DNA of 64,000 nucleotides from Patellaria atrata CBS 101060 (lineage: Eukaryota): positions 496,001 to 560,000 of the forward strand of contig MU006090.1 of NCBI GenBank assembly GCA_010093705.1, read 5' to 3'. The position numbers were made by a program, and so were the translations under genes. Positions within the stretch are counted from its first letter, which is position 1, and each line of letters opens with the position of its first letter. The notes beneath the pieces are model-generated. The model made no database searches, was not told where the DNA came from, and saw only the letters and a program-made list of their open reading frames with translations. Below, piece by piece: positions 1-11,779 of the stretch.

Positions 1-1435
1 CAAGAAATGGAATTTTATCACATGGGAATGGATAATCACGTGGATGAGCCCGCTTTCCCTTTCTTGCAGCAGTCAACAACTTGCGTTGACGAGTCTTAAA
101 AGCTGGGGATTTGCGCTCCAGACGGGCCTGATAAAGGATCCTCTGAGCTAGGCTTGACCCCCGGTCGTTTGGTTTACGGCGCTTGTAGCTTCTCATCACC
201 GGGCTTTGACAATCTTCATCGTCGAAATTCAATATCGATATGTTACGCTTGAAGGGGCCATGCACTATCAATGGAGATTGGATTACACCCTCCATCTCAT
301 CAAGGTTTTCGTTTGTTGACCTTTCGTCAAGAAGCTCACCGAACACATATACAGGCGGAGCGTTTATATGACTCAAAGTTTGTCTTTGATCATCCAGTGC
401 GTGAGGCCTGTCGCTTGCGTTTGAGATAATCTGAGCAAACCTTTGGTGAGCGATACGAACAGGGTGATGGTTCTCATCACTATAGATAGTGCTACTCTGG
501 GGTGCCTGTAGCTTTTCCCTGTTGATGGCCAGTGCTTGATTTTCATCCTCGTGGACAATGCTTCTCTGGGGTGTCCGTGGCTCTTCCCTGTTGATGGCCG
601 GTGTCTGGTTTTCTTCTAGAGTCATTGACCTCGACTGTCCGTATTCATTCTCACAGGATTCGACGATGTCATTCTCTCCAGGGATTGGTGAGTTATCGGT
701 GGAGTTGTCGACATAAACCATGACGTTATTTGTGACTGGGGTTGTCGGACCATGGCTAACTGGAGAAGCTGGTCTATCATCATTAGTAAGATCAACGACT
801 TCGATGGCGACGCTGTTTATGATGAGATGCTCTGGCTTCGCGTTGACCTTTCGTTCGAATCTCACGACAGCTTCTGCGGCTGGACTACCTTCCACTTCGA
901 CGAACGTGTCATCTTGATATATTTCTGGCGTCTTGTCTTGGCCAAAACGTTCCATTGCCTTACGGAAGTTCAAGTCGTCGGCCTGTGTATCGGCAGCCTC
1001 CGAGTTGCGTGCCCTCTCTTCAGTTCCTTCGACCTGTTGCCGCATGGGTGTCGACTCATTCTGGAAAACCGGCGAGTTGGGCGGTAAGCAAGACCGGAGG
1101 TATCGATTTTCCTCCTCCAAATATTTGATCTTACCATCTTGCGCGCAGAGCTTGTCGTTGGCGTCGATCAACATCTTGCGTTGATCCTCGATATGTTTCA
1201 TCCACCCTGCATACTCGTTTGGTATGGCGGTGGAGGCTGGAAGGGCTTTAGGAGAGGTACTAGCGTAGAGACGATTGAGGGTTTCGATTAGATAGGGATC
1301 TTCAATTCGAGCTGGTTCATGTTAGTTGATCTTGTCATCAAGTGGAAACTTTGCAAGAGTCTTACGAGGGGTGTTGATGTTATTATTCGCACCAGGAGTG
1401 GGGCTTCTACTGTTCTTCTTTCCTTGGCTGCTCAT
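1..1435 (-). CDS. Hypothetical protein, 3'-partial (runs off window start); exons 1435-1366 and 1311-<1
   Basis: ATG at 1435 (MSSQGKKNSRSPTPG), GTAAG..CTAAC..CAG intron 1365-1312, then an uninterrupted frame to base 1 (RIEDPYLIETLNRLY...WMKHIEDQRKMLIDANDKLCAQDGKIKYLEEENRYLRS...IEVVDLTNDD...). Absent from the ORF track because there is no stop in the window. Confidence 0.75.
490..613 (-). repeat. 69-bp (23-aa) in-frame tandem duplication
   Basis: TTCCCTGTTGATGGCC ends at both 530 and 599; peptides ENQTPAINREEPRTPQRS / ENQALAINREKLQAPQSS. Confidence 0.8.
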
Positions 1436-1712
1436 TTTGTCGTGTTTTGTGATGGTGGGAGAATTGGATGTGTGAAGATGGGATATGTGGGACGACGGTC
1501 TATTGTGGGAAGGCGGTCGACGTAAGAAAGAGGTTGATGCGGGAAGGCGATTGATGTGAGAAGATGTCTAATGTGGGAGGGTGTGAGGTATGTGAGTACT
1601 TCTTAAGTTTTTAAGAAGTTGAATATATCGAAGAGTTCTGCCAAGAGGAAGATTGCTTTCAAGGACTTAGACAATGTTAGATGGATATCAAGTATGGCGA
1701 GGATGAGTGAGG

Positions 1713-1892
1713 GGTATTACCAAAAGAGCTTGGAGATTAGATGAGGTTCAACTCTGCAATACTTTGGTATTGATGATGGTATTGTTGATGTTGATGTCAC
1801 GATGCTTAAGATTTGACTATCAAGAACCTATGCGATGTCAGATAGGTGTCAGGTTTGAAGATGTCGACTGATTGGTATTACCAAAAGAGCTT
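1713..1892. repeat. Direct repeat, period ~161 bp, upstream of the first gene
   Basis: Exact 19-mer GGTATTACCAAAAGAGCTT at 1713-1731 and 1874-1892, with degenerate similarity continuing downstream. Confidence 0.7.
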
Positions 1893-2948
1893 AGGATAGA
1901 TGGGGTTGAGGGACGCAATACCCGGGATTGACAATGATATCTTTGATGATGGTTGATGATGGGTGTATCAATGATATTAAGAAGAAGGACAATGTCACTG
2001 TCGAAGATAGAAGTCGAATTGGACTGAGGATATGGAAAAGTGGTATGCAAGAGCTTTGGAAATGTATGATAAAGTTGTCGAATTTCCGAAGAGCTCGAAG
2101 TTGGTTGATCAGAGCAGGAGAATAGGTTTCCTGGAGGACGACGGGCTTTTAGGACTGAGTTGCGGGACGCTGCTGGGCGGCATTAAGACGGCTGCGTTGG
2201 TTTAGAAAAGTTTATATCGGGTACGCGGGCAAGATTGGTGGCGATATGTCGCGGATTCAAAGTTTTTGGCGGTTGTGTGAATGTAAATATTCACGAATCT
2301 CAGCTCCCGCCGGTCACGTCCCTGCCTCGAAAACCTAACCACCGCGAAACAGTAACGGACATTACGTAGAGCAAAGACGCCTATTACTTGAAGCCAATTA
2401 GAACATTCTCGATCTCAGGCAGCAATTGGAAACTGTTATGCTTGCCCCAGGGACGTCGTCATATAGCAGGTGTGTAACGGGCGACGCTGCGACCTCACGT
2501 GAAAATGATGTCAAGGCATGTCTTGCAAATTAAGAACACAGCTGTTAAGAGACTGTCGCCGAAGGTGGGCACAGGGGCCACATAGCCTCATACTTCGGTG
2601 TCGATGCGGGTAGTAATGTAGGCATCGGCTCGAAGGATCTATGGCGCACTGTCTTCAGAGGATCGTATTGTCGGACATCTTACCACTGCAGAGTGTGGGG
2701 ACTGTGTCTCCAATTCGGTCGGTTTCTCGTTCCGATCTCAGTTTGAATCTGCGTAGATGTACTAGGAAGAGAAGAGAAGATCTTATTTCTCGAAGAACGG
2801 TGTGTATAACATTTTTTTTGTTGCTCAATCTTCATTGCTCTTGCAGTCTTCTAGTCCAGCGTTTCCTTCATGGCTACTGAAGCTCCATGGTACTCTACGA
2901 ACAGCAATAGGACATCCCGCAAATGAGATTATTCCCGCGCCTAATCAA

Positions 2949-4058
2949 CCCTACAACCCTAACCTTCCTTCCAAATTTCATGACTTAATAGACTAGTCCA
3001 CAAGTACCTCTCATTAATTTTAAATAGAAGTCTTTGCGCAATCTCTGGGCGTGGTTGAGCCCACATCCTCTGGAAACTGGAGGTTGATTTAAGCTTCGAG
3101 CGACGCGCGCTACCATTGTTGCTCCATGGACACATTCGGTCCAACAAAACGGGACGACTATCTTCCTGTAACCTTCCCTGGTTGGTCTTACATTTAAGAC
3201 CTAGATCTCGCTTCTTGAGTCAGATCTTATACCATCCATATGAATTAATCCACCTGTTTTGCAGCCCTCCTGGCTACAAATCGAATTGGCAAGCTACAGT
3301 AGTTACGGCGCAGTTCCAGTCGTTCACAGAAGCCGACACAAGAGTTCTCATTTCCCCCGTATCTTCATCCCAAGGACGACTGGACACTCCTAACCCTCAA
3401 ATCTCGTATCTCCACGCTCCCGAGGTATTCTGTAATCCGCGACGGAAAGTATCTCCTCGTCTCCGTTCTAGAGGAAGATAAAAAGGGCTCTCTCAAAGCA
3501 GGCTTTTCATTCCCATGACTAAACCAAATTATTCCTCTCCGCGGTGCGAAGGATAGCTATCAAAGGGGTGCCTTCCCTTTGACAGCTTCCTCGTAATTAG
3601 CGGGGAGAAATGGTAAGGGAATTTTTAAGACGTAGACGAGTTGCAGATATCGGATTCGAGTAAAGGGTCACCTAGATGCGTTGTATGTATGGTGTTGTTG
3701 AGGACGTGAAAGGGGTCTTTCCTGTCCCATGAAATCTGAAGATGCTACCATAGCCTGGGCAACCGGTCAAGGGGTATCTCTATCCAGTCAACCAGGCTGA
3801 ATGCGTAGTATTATTACGATTTTACCGACAGTTTTTCCATTATCCTAGGGCGTCGGTGGGATAGAGCTAAAGAAACCTCTCCGTGAATCGACTCGACGTC
3901 AATCCACGGAGAAGTAGTGGAGAACGTAGATTACTTAGAATAGAGACACGGAAAGGTGTACCGCTAGAGAGACTATTGTGTCACAGTGTGGTTGCCGACT
4001 TTGGCTTGTATGAGTTATTAGGGGGGAAGGTTAAAGAAAGGTTAGGGGTTGACGGGGC
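2949..4058. ncRNA. Candidate large structured non-coding RNA (possible telomerase RNA)
   Basis: No credible ORF; many nested helices read by eye (2957-2966/4038-4047, 3169-3178/4024-4033, 3304-3312/3677-3685, 3315-3325/3374-3384, 3456-3462/3634-3640, 3560-3567/3575-3582, 3752-3758/3792-3798, 3878-3885/3905-3912); CCTAACCCT at 3389-3397. Confidence 0.4.
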
Positions 4059-4456
4059 TTAATGTATAGAAGGAGATTACGGAAGATATGGGAAGCCGGG
4101 GGAAGTCGATCATCGCGAGATGAGACGTAAAAAAGAGGTTTATAGCCAGGGTCGAAGTAGGTATCGTTTTTATAATATTTTATCTCTATGCTTGTACGAT
4201 ACAGTACAGAAAAGGTACGAAGTATACCCAGTTTGACAAGCTTTAAGGAACTTTGCTTATTTGCTACTTATTTACTATCTGCTTGGACAAGAGGGTATAT
4301 TTGCTTATTTTGAATGGGATTGGCAAAAACTTTGGTGTTAGATCAGTTGTTTTATTGGAGTTCTGGGTATGGTTATGAACTTCATTACAGCGAGCGTTAT
4401 GAGAGTTGATCGTATAGCATAACGTCGTGAATATAAGGTTTTAGTTTATTATACAT

Positions 4457-4531
4457 GTATGTATCTTGCTTCCAACCTCCACCAAAGTAACCTCAATAAC
4501 CTCTGAACACTCTAAACCTAACTATATACAG
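4457..4531 (+). other. Intron-like element outside any evident CDS
   Basis: GTATGT at 4457, CCTAAC at 4517-4522, CAG at 4529-4531; 75 nt, similar to real introns in this window. Confidence 0.4.
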
Positions 4532-5301
4532 ATGTTTATATCTACCTCCCGTTTGCGAATCGCCACCTCATCAAACTACACCAGCAGGTTCGATAACACT
4601 CATTCCATGTTCTCCATGTCCGCAATCCACAAATAGACAAGTAGAAGAAATTGAATGGAATAGCTTTATGCTGGTATTGAGGTACAATACCATTCCCGAT
4701 CCGAGAGGTAAATCTCTTCTTAGTTTTTCAGCAACGTTTGGCAAAGAGGTTCTCTCACCTTTCCCTCTGTTCGTTTGTCTTTTCTCTGGTTTTTATTACA
4801 GGTCTATGTTTTCATTTTATATCATGGAAGTGGTTCTACACCAACGCAGGAGCCAGTCCTCTACTATCAGGCCCTCCGTGTCTGGATACGAGTGGGGGAG
4901 GACTCTGACGGAAGTGTCAGTATCCGTTTTACGTTCAAACGAGAAATATGATTATATCCGTTAGACGGACTTTTTGAGTACGGTTACTAGGAGGGAGAGA
5001 TATGGTTCCACGAATGTGTTGTGATGTGTTAACGAAACATGCTGTGATTAGAGAGAACGGGAAACGGGGGTACGGTATCGAGTATTGGAGATTGAAGAAG
5101 GGAAAGGTGGATATGGATGTTTAAGGGGATACAGAGGAGATGAGATTGTAAAGAGGAACTGGATCGAAGGGTATGAAGGAACGTGAAATAAGTGTTCTGG
5201 GGTTGGAAGTAAGGTATGATATGATTTACTTCAAAAAGTGTCAAATGTATCGTTATAATCCAAACCTCTCAGTCTATCATTCTACTCAAAGCTTCTGGAC
5301 C

Positions 5302-6024
5302 TCAAATCCTACACAACAGCAAATCCCTCAAACCCCCACCCATCCCAGCCACCAACCCCCCCCCCCCTAAAATCCCCAAAGTCTCCGCCATATTCTTCGG
5401 CGCACCCCCATGATACGGATACCTCGTCCCCATCAACTCCTCCACGAGCCGGACAATCTCCCCTCCGAAAGCGAGATGACGGCTCTTCTGCTCCGAATAC
5501 GTCGACTCGGTCATCATGTCCAACATGCCCGGTTTCGTGTCGAGGATCAGCTGCTGCGCCATGACCGTGCGGCCGATGCAGTCGTTGAATTTCTCCGGGT
5601 CAGGGTTGGCGAAGTCGAGGTTCATTAGGTGGCCCTGTTGAGGATCAGTATACAATATACAATGTACAAATATACAGGGGCGGTGGGTGGTAAGTAAGGC
5701 TACGGGGTATGGTGTGAAGGGGGGAGGTCAAAGGGAGAATAGGGAAGGGAAAAGGGGGATTCACAGAGTACGTCCAATAAAGTCCCACATGAAGTACACC
5801 TTGTTCTTGTCCGCGGCGGGCGTCATATACATCTGGTGTAAGTTGGACGCCATGGCGGGGTGGTGGGCGAGCTTTTCGAGCAGGGCGCACGAGCGGGCCG
5901 TCACGTTCAGCCAGGAGGGGTCGAGGGTGAGGCCGTCGGCTTCGAGTTTGGTCTTGAGGGCCTCGAGGTCGGATTTGGTGAATTGCTCGGTGAATTAGAG
6001 GCGGGCGGAGGTGTGAGGGTCCAT
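5302..6024 (-). pseudogene. Probable pseudogene (or mis-sequenced gene) of an uncharacterised fungal protein
   Basis: ATG 6024 gives MDPHTSARL*FTEQFTKSDLEALK...VYFMWDFIGRT with in-frame TAA at 5997-5995. The phase-2 donor GTGAAT (5764) does not match the phase-0 acceptor CAG (5635) of the GHLMNLDFANPDPEKFNDCIGR exon. Both exons show strong coding-like codon bias. Confidence 0.6.
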
Positions 6025-6075
6025 GTTTGTAATGGTACGAGTAGTATCTCAGTTGTAAGAATAAGAGGTGGTAGA

Positions 6076-6133
6076 GTTGAGAATGAGGGATGTTCTGATG
6101 TTGAGAATGAGGGATGTTCTGATGTTGAGAATG
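6076..6133. repeat. 24-bp perfect tandem repeat x2.4
   Basis: GTTGAGAATGAGGGATGTTCTGAT at 6076 and 6100, partial copy at 6124. Confidence 0.95.
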
Positions 6134-7239
6134 TGGGACCGGTTCCCCAGCTGTTTAAATGTTTAGCGTACAAGGATGACGTTGGATTTTTTGTAGCCGT
6201 GTAGTCTCTAATCGAATGCGTTCGAAAGTCTGAACGATAAGATATTCATGCCTTTTGCGTATTTCTGATTCCCTGAAAGCCGTATACGCGACTAACACGC
6301 GGTCACGGGATGGTTGTGAAACGTGAAATGTCCCTATTTGGGATGATCTTACTTCTTGATAGACAGTCTCAGGGGCTCATCCATCAGAAGGATCAAACTG
6401 ATCTTCCACTCACGTGGTAGGCGTCCATCACTCTCAGCAGAATGTGGAGTGCATGATAGTTCGAGTCACAACCAGACATAATCGCCGACAATCAGAGGTG
6501 CCTCTATCACCTCATTGTAGCTTGAGAGTCACTGATAGGCGTACTCAACTTGATCGAAACCTTTCGATATTCTTCTATGAAGGACGAGACTTGAGCATTG
6601 TCTGAGATGTTTCGTGCGAGTTGAGCATTCGATAAAATCCTTATCGCGATAATTGCGCCGTTGACCCGTTACTTTTAGTTCTGTTTAGATATTGCCGTTT
6701 TGGGTTTAGTATAAAACTGTGAACTCAACGCCCAAGGGGCTCACTCTTGACCTCGCTCGTATTGAGTCAGACTTAATTATAGAGAATAATAACGGAAGAT
6801 AGATATATATTTCCCCTGAGTGAAAAATTCATAATCAATCACCTGTGAAAGTACTATTCCAACCAAATAGTTCATAAGGAACCAATGTCTTGGAGATAAT
6901 TATTTAGAAGCAATAAGTACGATTCCGGTTTTATGGATGTGTATATATTTGATTCCTTTATCTTACGAGGAATATCTCCTACACACGTCACAGATTCCCC
7001 TCTTCGTGAGTCTCATCAGTAGATCATCTTTATGATAGAGACTATTTCAACATGTAGAATTGATCTACCCTAGGAGACATAATGAATCGCTAGATGTCGC
7101 ATTCTGTCTAGAATCACAGTCAACACATCTACTACACATCTAACACCCGCCCTCTATCCCCTAACACCCAGCCAATGCGCCGCGCAGGACCCTATGCCCT
7201 ATCCCCGTCACACCTCTACTAAGAACTGTGGTTATCACT

Positions 7240-10200
7240 TTAACTCAAATCAAACCCAGCATTCGCATTAACGGCATAAAGCAATTTCTCCCTCAATGTC
7301 CTCTCATCCTGATATCTCGGCAATTTCAAAAGATTCACGCAAGTACTCGTGCTCGGCAATCTCTCCTGATCATCCCCCGCATCTCGGATGCTAAACTTGG
7401 GATTCAAACTGCCAAACCCCAATAACGGCGCCCGGGGCGTGCTCGTCACGAACTTTAACACTGCCCTCCGTTCGGTATCGGAGAGACTCTCCATGACGTG
7501 CCAGAAGAGACGGACAGAGGGATGCTCCTGATTGTCGTCACCAATGACATAGACACCGCCGTATTGCGTATTGCGCCGAAGGTCAGGGATATCAATGCTA
7601 CTGGAGGAGCCGCCGAGTAGGGTTTGGAGTTCAGATTGATTGAACATGCTGAGCCAAGACGGTTGGATTATAGTCGCGAGGCCGCGTAGAAAGGCGTTTG
7701 TCTGCGCTAGGGGCTGGCTCTGCAGACGATGGCGAGCGATCTGTGCAATGTAGATGAGGCGATTGTCGTTGCGAACGGGCTCATTAGCGCCGTTAGGGTG
7801 CAAGTTGCGCGTAATCACTTTGGTAGCGCCCGTGCTGTAGTCCGTGGTAATAGTATCGTCAACGGTGAATGTGAGCCCAAGGTCCTCAACGTCGCCGTCG
7901 TAATTCTTGAGCTGGAGGAGCCCTTGATATAGTCCTTCATCAAGGTCACGAAGGTCATTGAGATTGGCACGGTAGCCGGACTCTTTAGGTGCGGAACCGC
8001 GTCCGCCTGTCAAGGCCCATTTGAGAAGGAAGAAGCCAGCGAAGTTGATGTCGACAAGGATGCCTTCGTAGAGACATTTGCCCACAACGCGGCCGCAGAA
8101 CTCGTAGCGTTGTAAAAGATCTATGACGGATGCTCGGTATTCGGTCGAGCCCTCCTTGAATCCGGCTTGCTTTAACATTTCTTTCCGCTCATCTAACGCT
8201 GCTGGGCTGGGATAGAGAACGTGCTGTTCGTTTTCTACGAACAAATTGAAGCCGTCCGTTGGAGTAAAAGCTTGGCTTGTAAGTCGGGTTAAGAACTCCT
8301 TCGTCACGCCACCGCCATCTATGCCGGCTTCCACCGTACCGAATTGGTCGATGAAAGTAATCTGGATAGGTTCTTTAAGACCTTCGTTGAGGTCGTAAAA
8401 CTGCTCATAAGCATCATCAAATTCGTGATCCCGGCGAATCCTAGCATGATGCTTGACGAGTACATCCCGGGCGTTCATTTCATGCATTAGATGCATACGC
8501 CATTGATCTGCGTCCACCACGCCGTGTCGTCTCTTTAACTATTCAACTATTTATAAGGTGTTCGTAGTTATTAAGGCATCAAAGGAACTTACCTGGTCAA
8601 GATGTACAAATTCCCGGAAGATTTGTACTCTTGTAGAGAAGGGGATCATGAACGGCATGTTCTGAAGAATCTCTAACCGCGGCGCAACAGCTTGGAGGTA
8701 TCTCTTTCTCGACGCTTTGCGCTGTTGTCGTTGCAGACGGGCAATTTCCTTTGCTTGTTGTATTCGTCTTGTTCCAATTAGGGCCACCGATATCTCTTCA
8801 TCTTCTTCCTCTTCGCTACCGTCCTCTCTGTCCTCCTCCTGTACCTTGTGACGACTTTCCTCTTCCTGAACTACGGCTGGTATGAAGCCCTCCATATCAA
8901 ATCGTGTAGTCATGAGCCAATGATCGGCCGGTAGGAATTTTCGTCGTGAATCTCGTTCGTAAATCATTCGTAACAGGCCTGTAACTAGACCTTTGACATA
9001 ATCTAAACTTAAACCTGCAATTTTGACTGTAGTAGAACTTGGGCCTAAGGTTTCCGTTTTGATTGTATCTGGAGCTGTTCGATCATTCGAAGTAAATCCG
9101 AAATAGCTACTGATGCTCTTTCCGGAGTCCCTTGGTTCAAGATCTGAGATCTCTGCTGCGTTAAAGTACAAAGTGAAACCCAAGTTCTTCAAAAAGGTTA
9201 CTAAATGTTGTATCCCATCAAGTGGAAGCGCATTATTTCTTCCTCGGCTCGAGCTTGAAAAGGTATTTGATGATCTAGCTGAAAAGAATTCCTCATCGTC
9301 CATGAGTTTCAGAACGAAAATGTAGAGCTCCATGAAGATTAATATGATTCTCCATTCATCATCCAGGTCCTCTGTAGACGACTGTCTAGTTGGGGGTTGC
9401 CATCCATATGTACCAGCATTGTTGGATCGTCTGGGTTTGATGAGTTTGATCACTGCTCTAGAATCTTGTGTGATTATCTTGAAGACCATTGTGTTTGAAG
9501 TCGCTTGCCAGAAATATCTTATTGCCGAACTTTGAACACCCTTTTCAATGGAGTTCGAAACAGAACTCGACCCAAAATAAAGCCACATGCGTATCTCATC
9601 TCCTTGCATAGGAAACAAACGTAATAGCGTGAGCGCGTAATTTGCGAATTGCCTTGCTTCATCGTTATCATTCCTACCATTAGTGTGGGTGAGAACTGTA
9701 GATGGAGAAGTCGAATTTGTGTTAGAAAGAAGAGCGCCGATGCTCTGCTTATTTACTAATGAAAGTAACTGTTCCTGGACGAATTCATCGTTCTGAGACC
9801 GGCTCTTTTCTTCAGGCTGCTCATCGTTCACGATCTCTCTCGAGTCAGAGATGACATCAGTCGGTAATGAAGACAACAACTGAGAAACAACGGTAATAAA
9901 GTCGATGTCCGAGGAGTATGCTTCAGGGTTCTGAAAACCATAAGTATGTCTGTGGAGGTAGATAAAACATGCTAATAGCCGCGCTCTTGCTGGAGCTTCA
10001 GATAGCTCTTCGTATCTACTATAACCGTTTGATTGAACAAGGTCCGCGAGAGATTTAGCAAGAATCTTCGAGTTAATCCGATCAGCAATATCCTCTATCA
10101 AACTTTTCGATGCTGCAAAAGGCCTCGATATTTGCGTTAACGCGGGAAGTGTGAGGAATATGCAAGCATAGGTTTCATAAACGAGGAGCGTGTCTGCGGT

Positions 10201-10920
10201 CAAACCTTGTAATGGTGATACTGCAGTTTCGATCAACAACTTCTGTTGGTCTGTTGATGAGCTTGTGGATAGTAGAGTAGTCGTGAGTTTTGCTATGGTT
10301 CTGTAGAAGGGTTTCGAGTTACGGGCGGTCTGCCGTGGGATTTGCATAACTAGGAACTTGAGACAGCTAAGGAGCAATAATGCTTTTTCAATTCTTCCCA
10401 CTTGGTAATCTAGGGCCGCAATAACAACTTTCTGTAACCGGAGATAACTTATTGGCCAAGGCCCGTCTGACGATGAGAATACGTTTCTCTGAATAGAATA
10501 CTCCTGGCGTTTGGAGAACCTCTGTAACCGGTTTATGTCTTCTTCATCTCGGACCTTGATGAAGATCAAGAGACGTTGGAGTTGGGCCAACGCCTCACCC
10601 TCGGAAGCGTATGGGATCGGGGTAGCTACATCGGGACCATGGGAATGGTCTTTTGCATTCTGTTCTATTGTATCCCACTCTTTCCGCAGGTTATCTTCCA
10701 CTTCACGCCGGCAACGATGCCCCCGCCACACTCGCTGTAATGTCTTGGTTGCATTCTGCTTTTCTCGTTCACGCTGTCGTTGTTGTCTTTCCTGCTGAGC
10801 ACTCTCTAGTGCAGAGTGTGTTCCAGACCCGGAACCAGGACTCCCAAAGGGGTTTTTATTTCTGCCCGAAAGGTTAACCTGGCGCGGCTTTCGTGAGCTG
10901 CCGCTGAATGTCTGAAACAT
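7240..10920 (-). CDS. HUL5: IQ-motif HECT E3 ubiquitin ligase (Hul5/UBE3C-like), ~1208 aa; exons 10920-8593, 8538-7240
   Basis: N-terminal IQ (TLQRVWRGHRCRR), ILQNMPFMIPFSTRVQIF, HECT motifs EAGIDGGGVTKEFL and catalytic LPSTSTCVNLLKLP, C-terminal GFDLS; 54-nt GTAAGT..TAG intron joins the two ORFs in frame. Confidence 0.9.
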
Positions 10921-11104
10921 TATCGTCTAAAGGGAGGAGTAATCAAGAGCGACCATAGACTATCACGTGAAGGGTGCTATTAGGTATCTTTTTCCTAAGA
11001 TTTTGTGCTTTGTTTAGTTGTTCGTAGAGAGTTGTTGCGCGAGCTGACGGCGATAGGTATGTGTAGAATTAGGTAGCAGAGGGCCGCAACGGCGAGCAAC
11101 TTAG

Positions 11105-11509
11105 GGTGGCGTCATAAGTTCTGACAGAAGGATGAGGACGCGCTCCTGTAGGATAGATAATAAAACCTCCTGTCTGGATAGTGAAGAGTCCTCGGAGCTC
11201 TGTGAGAGAGAGCTGTAAGATAGTGTTTATGTCAACTTTCTCGAGAGTTCTATATAATAAAGGCGGCGCTCTATCATCAGTCATCTCCGTTCGGTTGAGG
11301 CTACTCCTCACGTGACGGGAGAGCTACAGGGCAGCACTGTACGGAATACTTACAAGGGGAGCTCCTAACCGAATAAGGTAATATCTCTCTGTAGATTCTT
11401 GATATGTTAAAAGACCTGGGACAACTCATGTCTAGCTTCCAATGTCATTTACATGCCTCAAAATACTAGTTCTAGTTCTGGTACAAGACTACTGTAATTT
11501 TGGGGAGCT
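11105..11509. promoter_or_regulatory. Candidate Rpn4-type and Cbf1-type sites in the HUL5/ERG27 divergent intergenic region
   Basis: GGAGCT at 11194, 11358 (palindromic GGAGCTCC) and 11504; GGTGGC at 11105; TCACGTGAC at 11308. Confidence 0.4.
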
Positions 11510-11600
11510 GTTATTTTGACATCCCCTCCTCCCCCAAGCACGTTTCCTTTCCACTTGTAGCTTATGAATAAATAAACAGTTATCTCTTTCCATATCCCAG

Positions 11601-11779
11601 AGACTCGTGGCCTAGTGGTGATGACCCCCCAACATACCGATCAGGCCAAAACAAACCGGTCCAGAGGTCGAACCTGAGAGGGGGATTAATGCCCTCAAGC
11701 AGAACTACCACGCCGCTCGTCCATTCATGGATAGGAGCGGGTGGGGACTATTTTGCCATTTTTTTTTTTATAAAAAAAA
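11601..11779. other. tRNA-like / Pol III promoter-bearing element (SINE-like or small ncRNA)
   Basis: Plus: perfect A-box TGGCCTAGTGG (11608), hairpin CCGCTC..GAGCGG, then a long T run. Minus: A-box-like TGGACGAGCGG and T-arm-like CAGGTTCGACCTCTG. No complete cloverleaf. Confidence 0.4.

Noticed and set aside
2955..2964. AACCCTAACC as telomere remnant or template
   Set aside because: Under two repeats and complementary to 4038-4051, so more likely paired; not an interstitial telomere array.
3150..3326. Group I intron R/S-like words (minus AACGACTG, AAGATAGTC; also plus AGAGACTA near 3968)
   Set aside because: Short, incomplete matches; no P/Q elements or host gene.
4051..4062. ACGGGGCTTA resembling the RNase MRP CR-V element
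   Set aside because: No matching AAGTCCCC-type CR-I partner found upstream to form P4.
11601..11690. Functional tRNA or C/D snoRNA
   Set aside because: No acceptor stem or 7-nt anticodon loop; C/D boxes lack a terminal stem and a recognisable guide.
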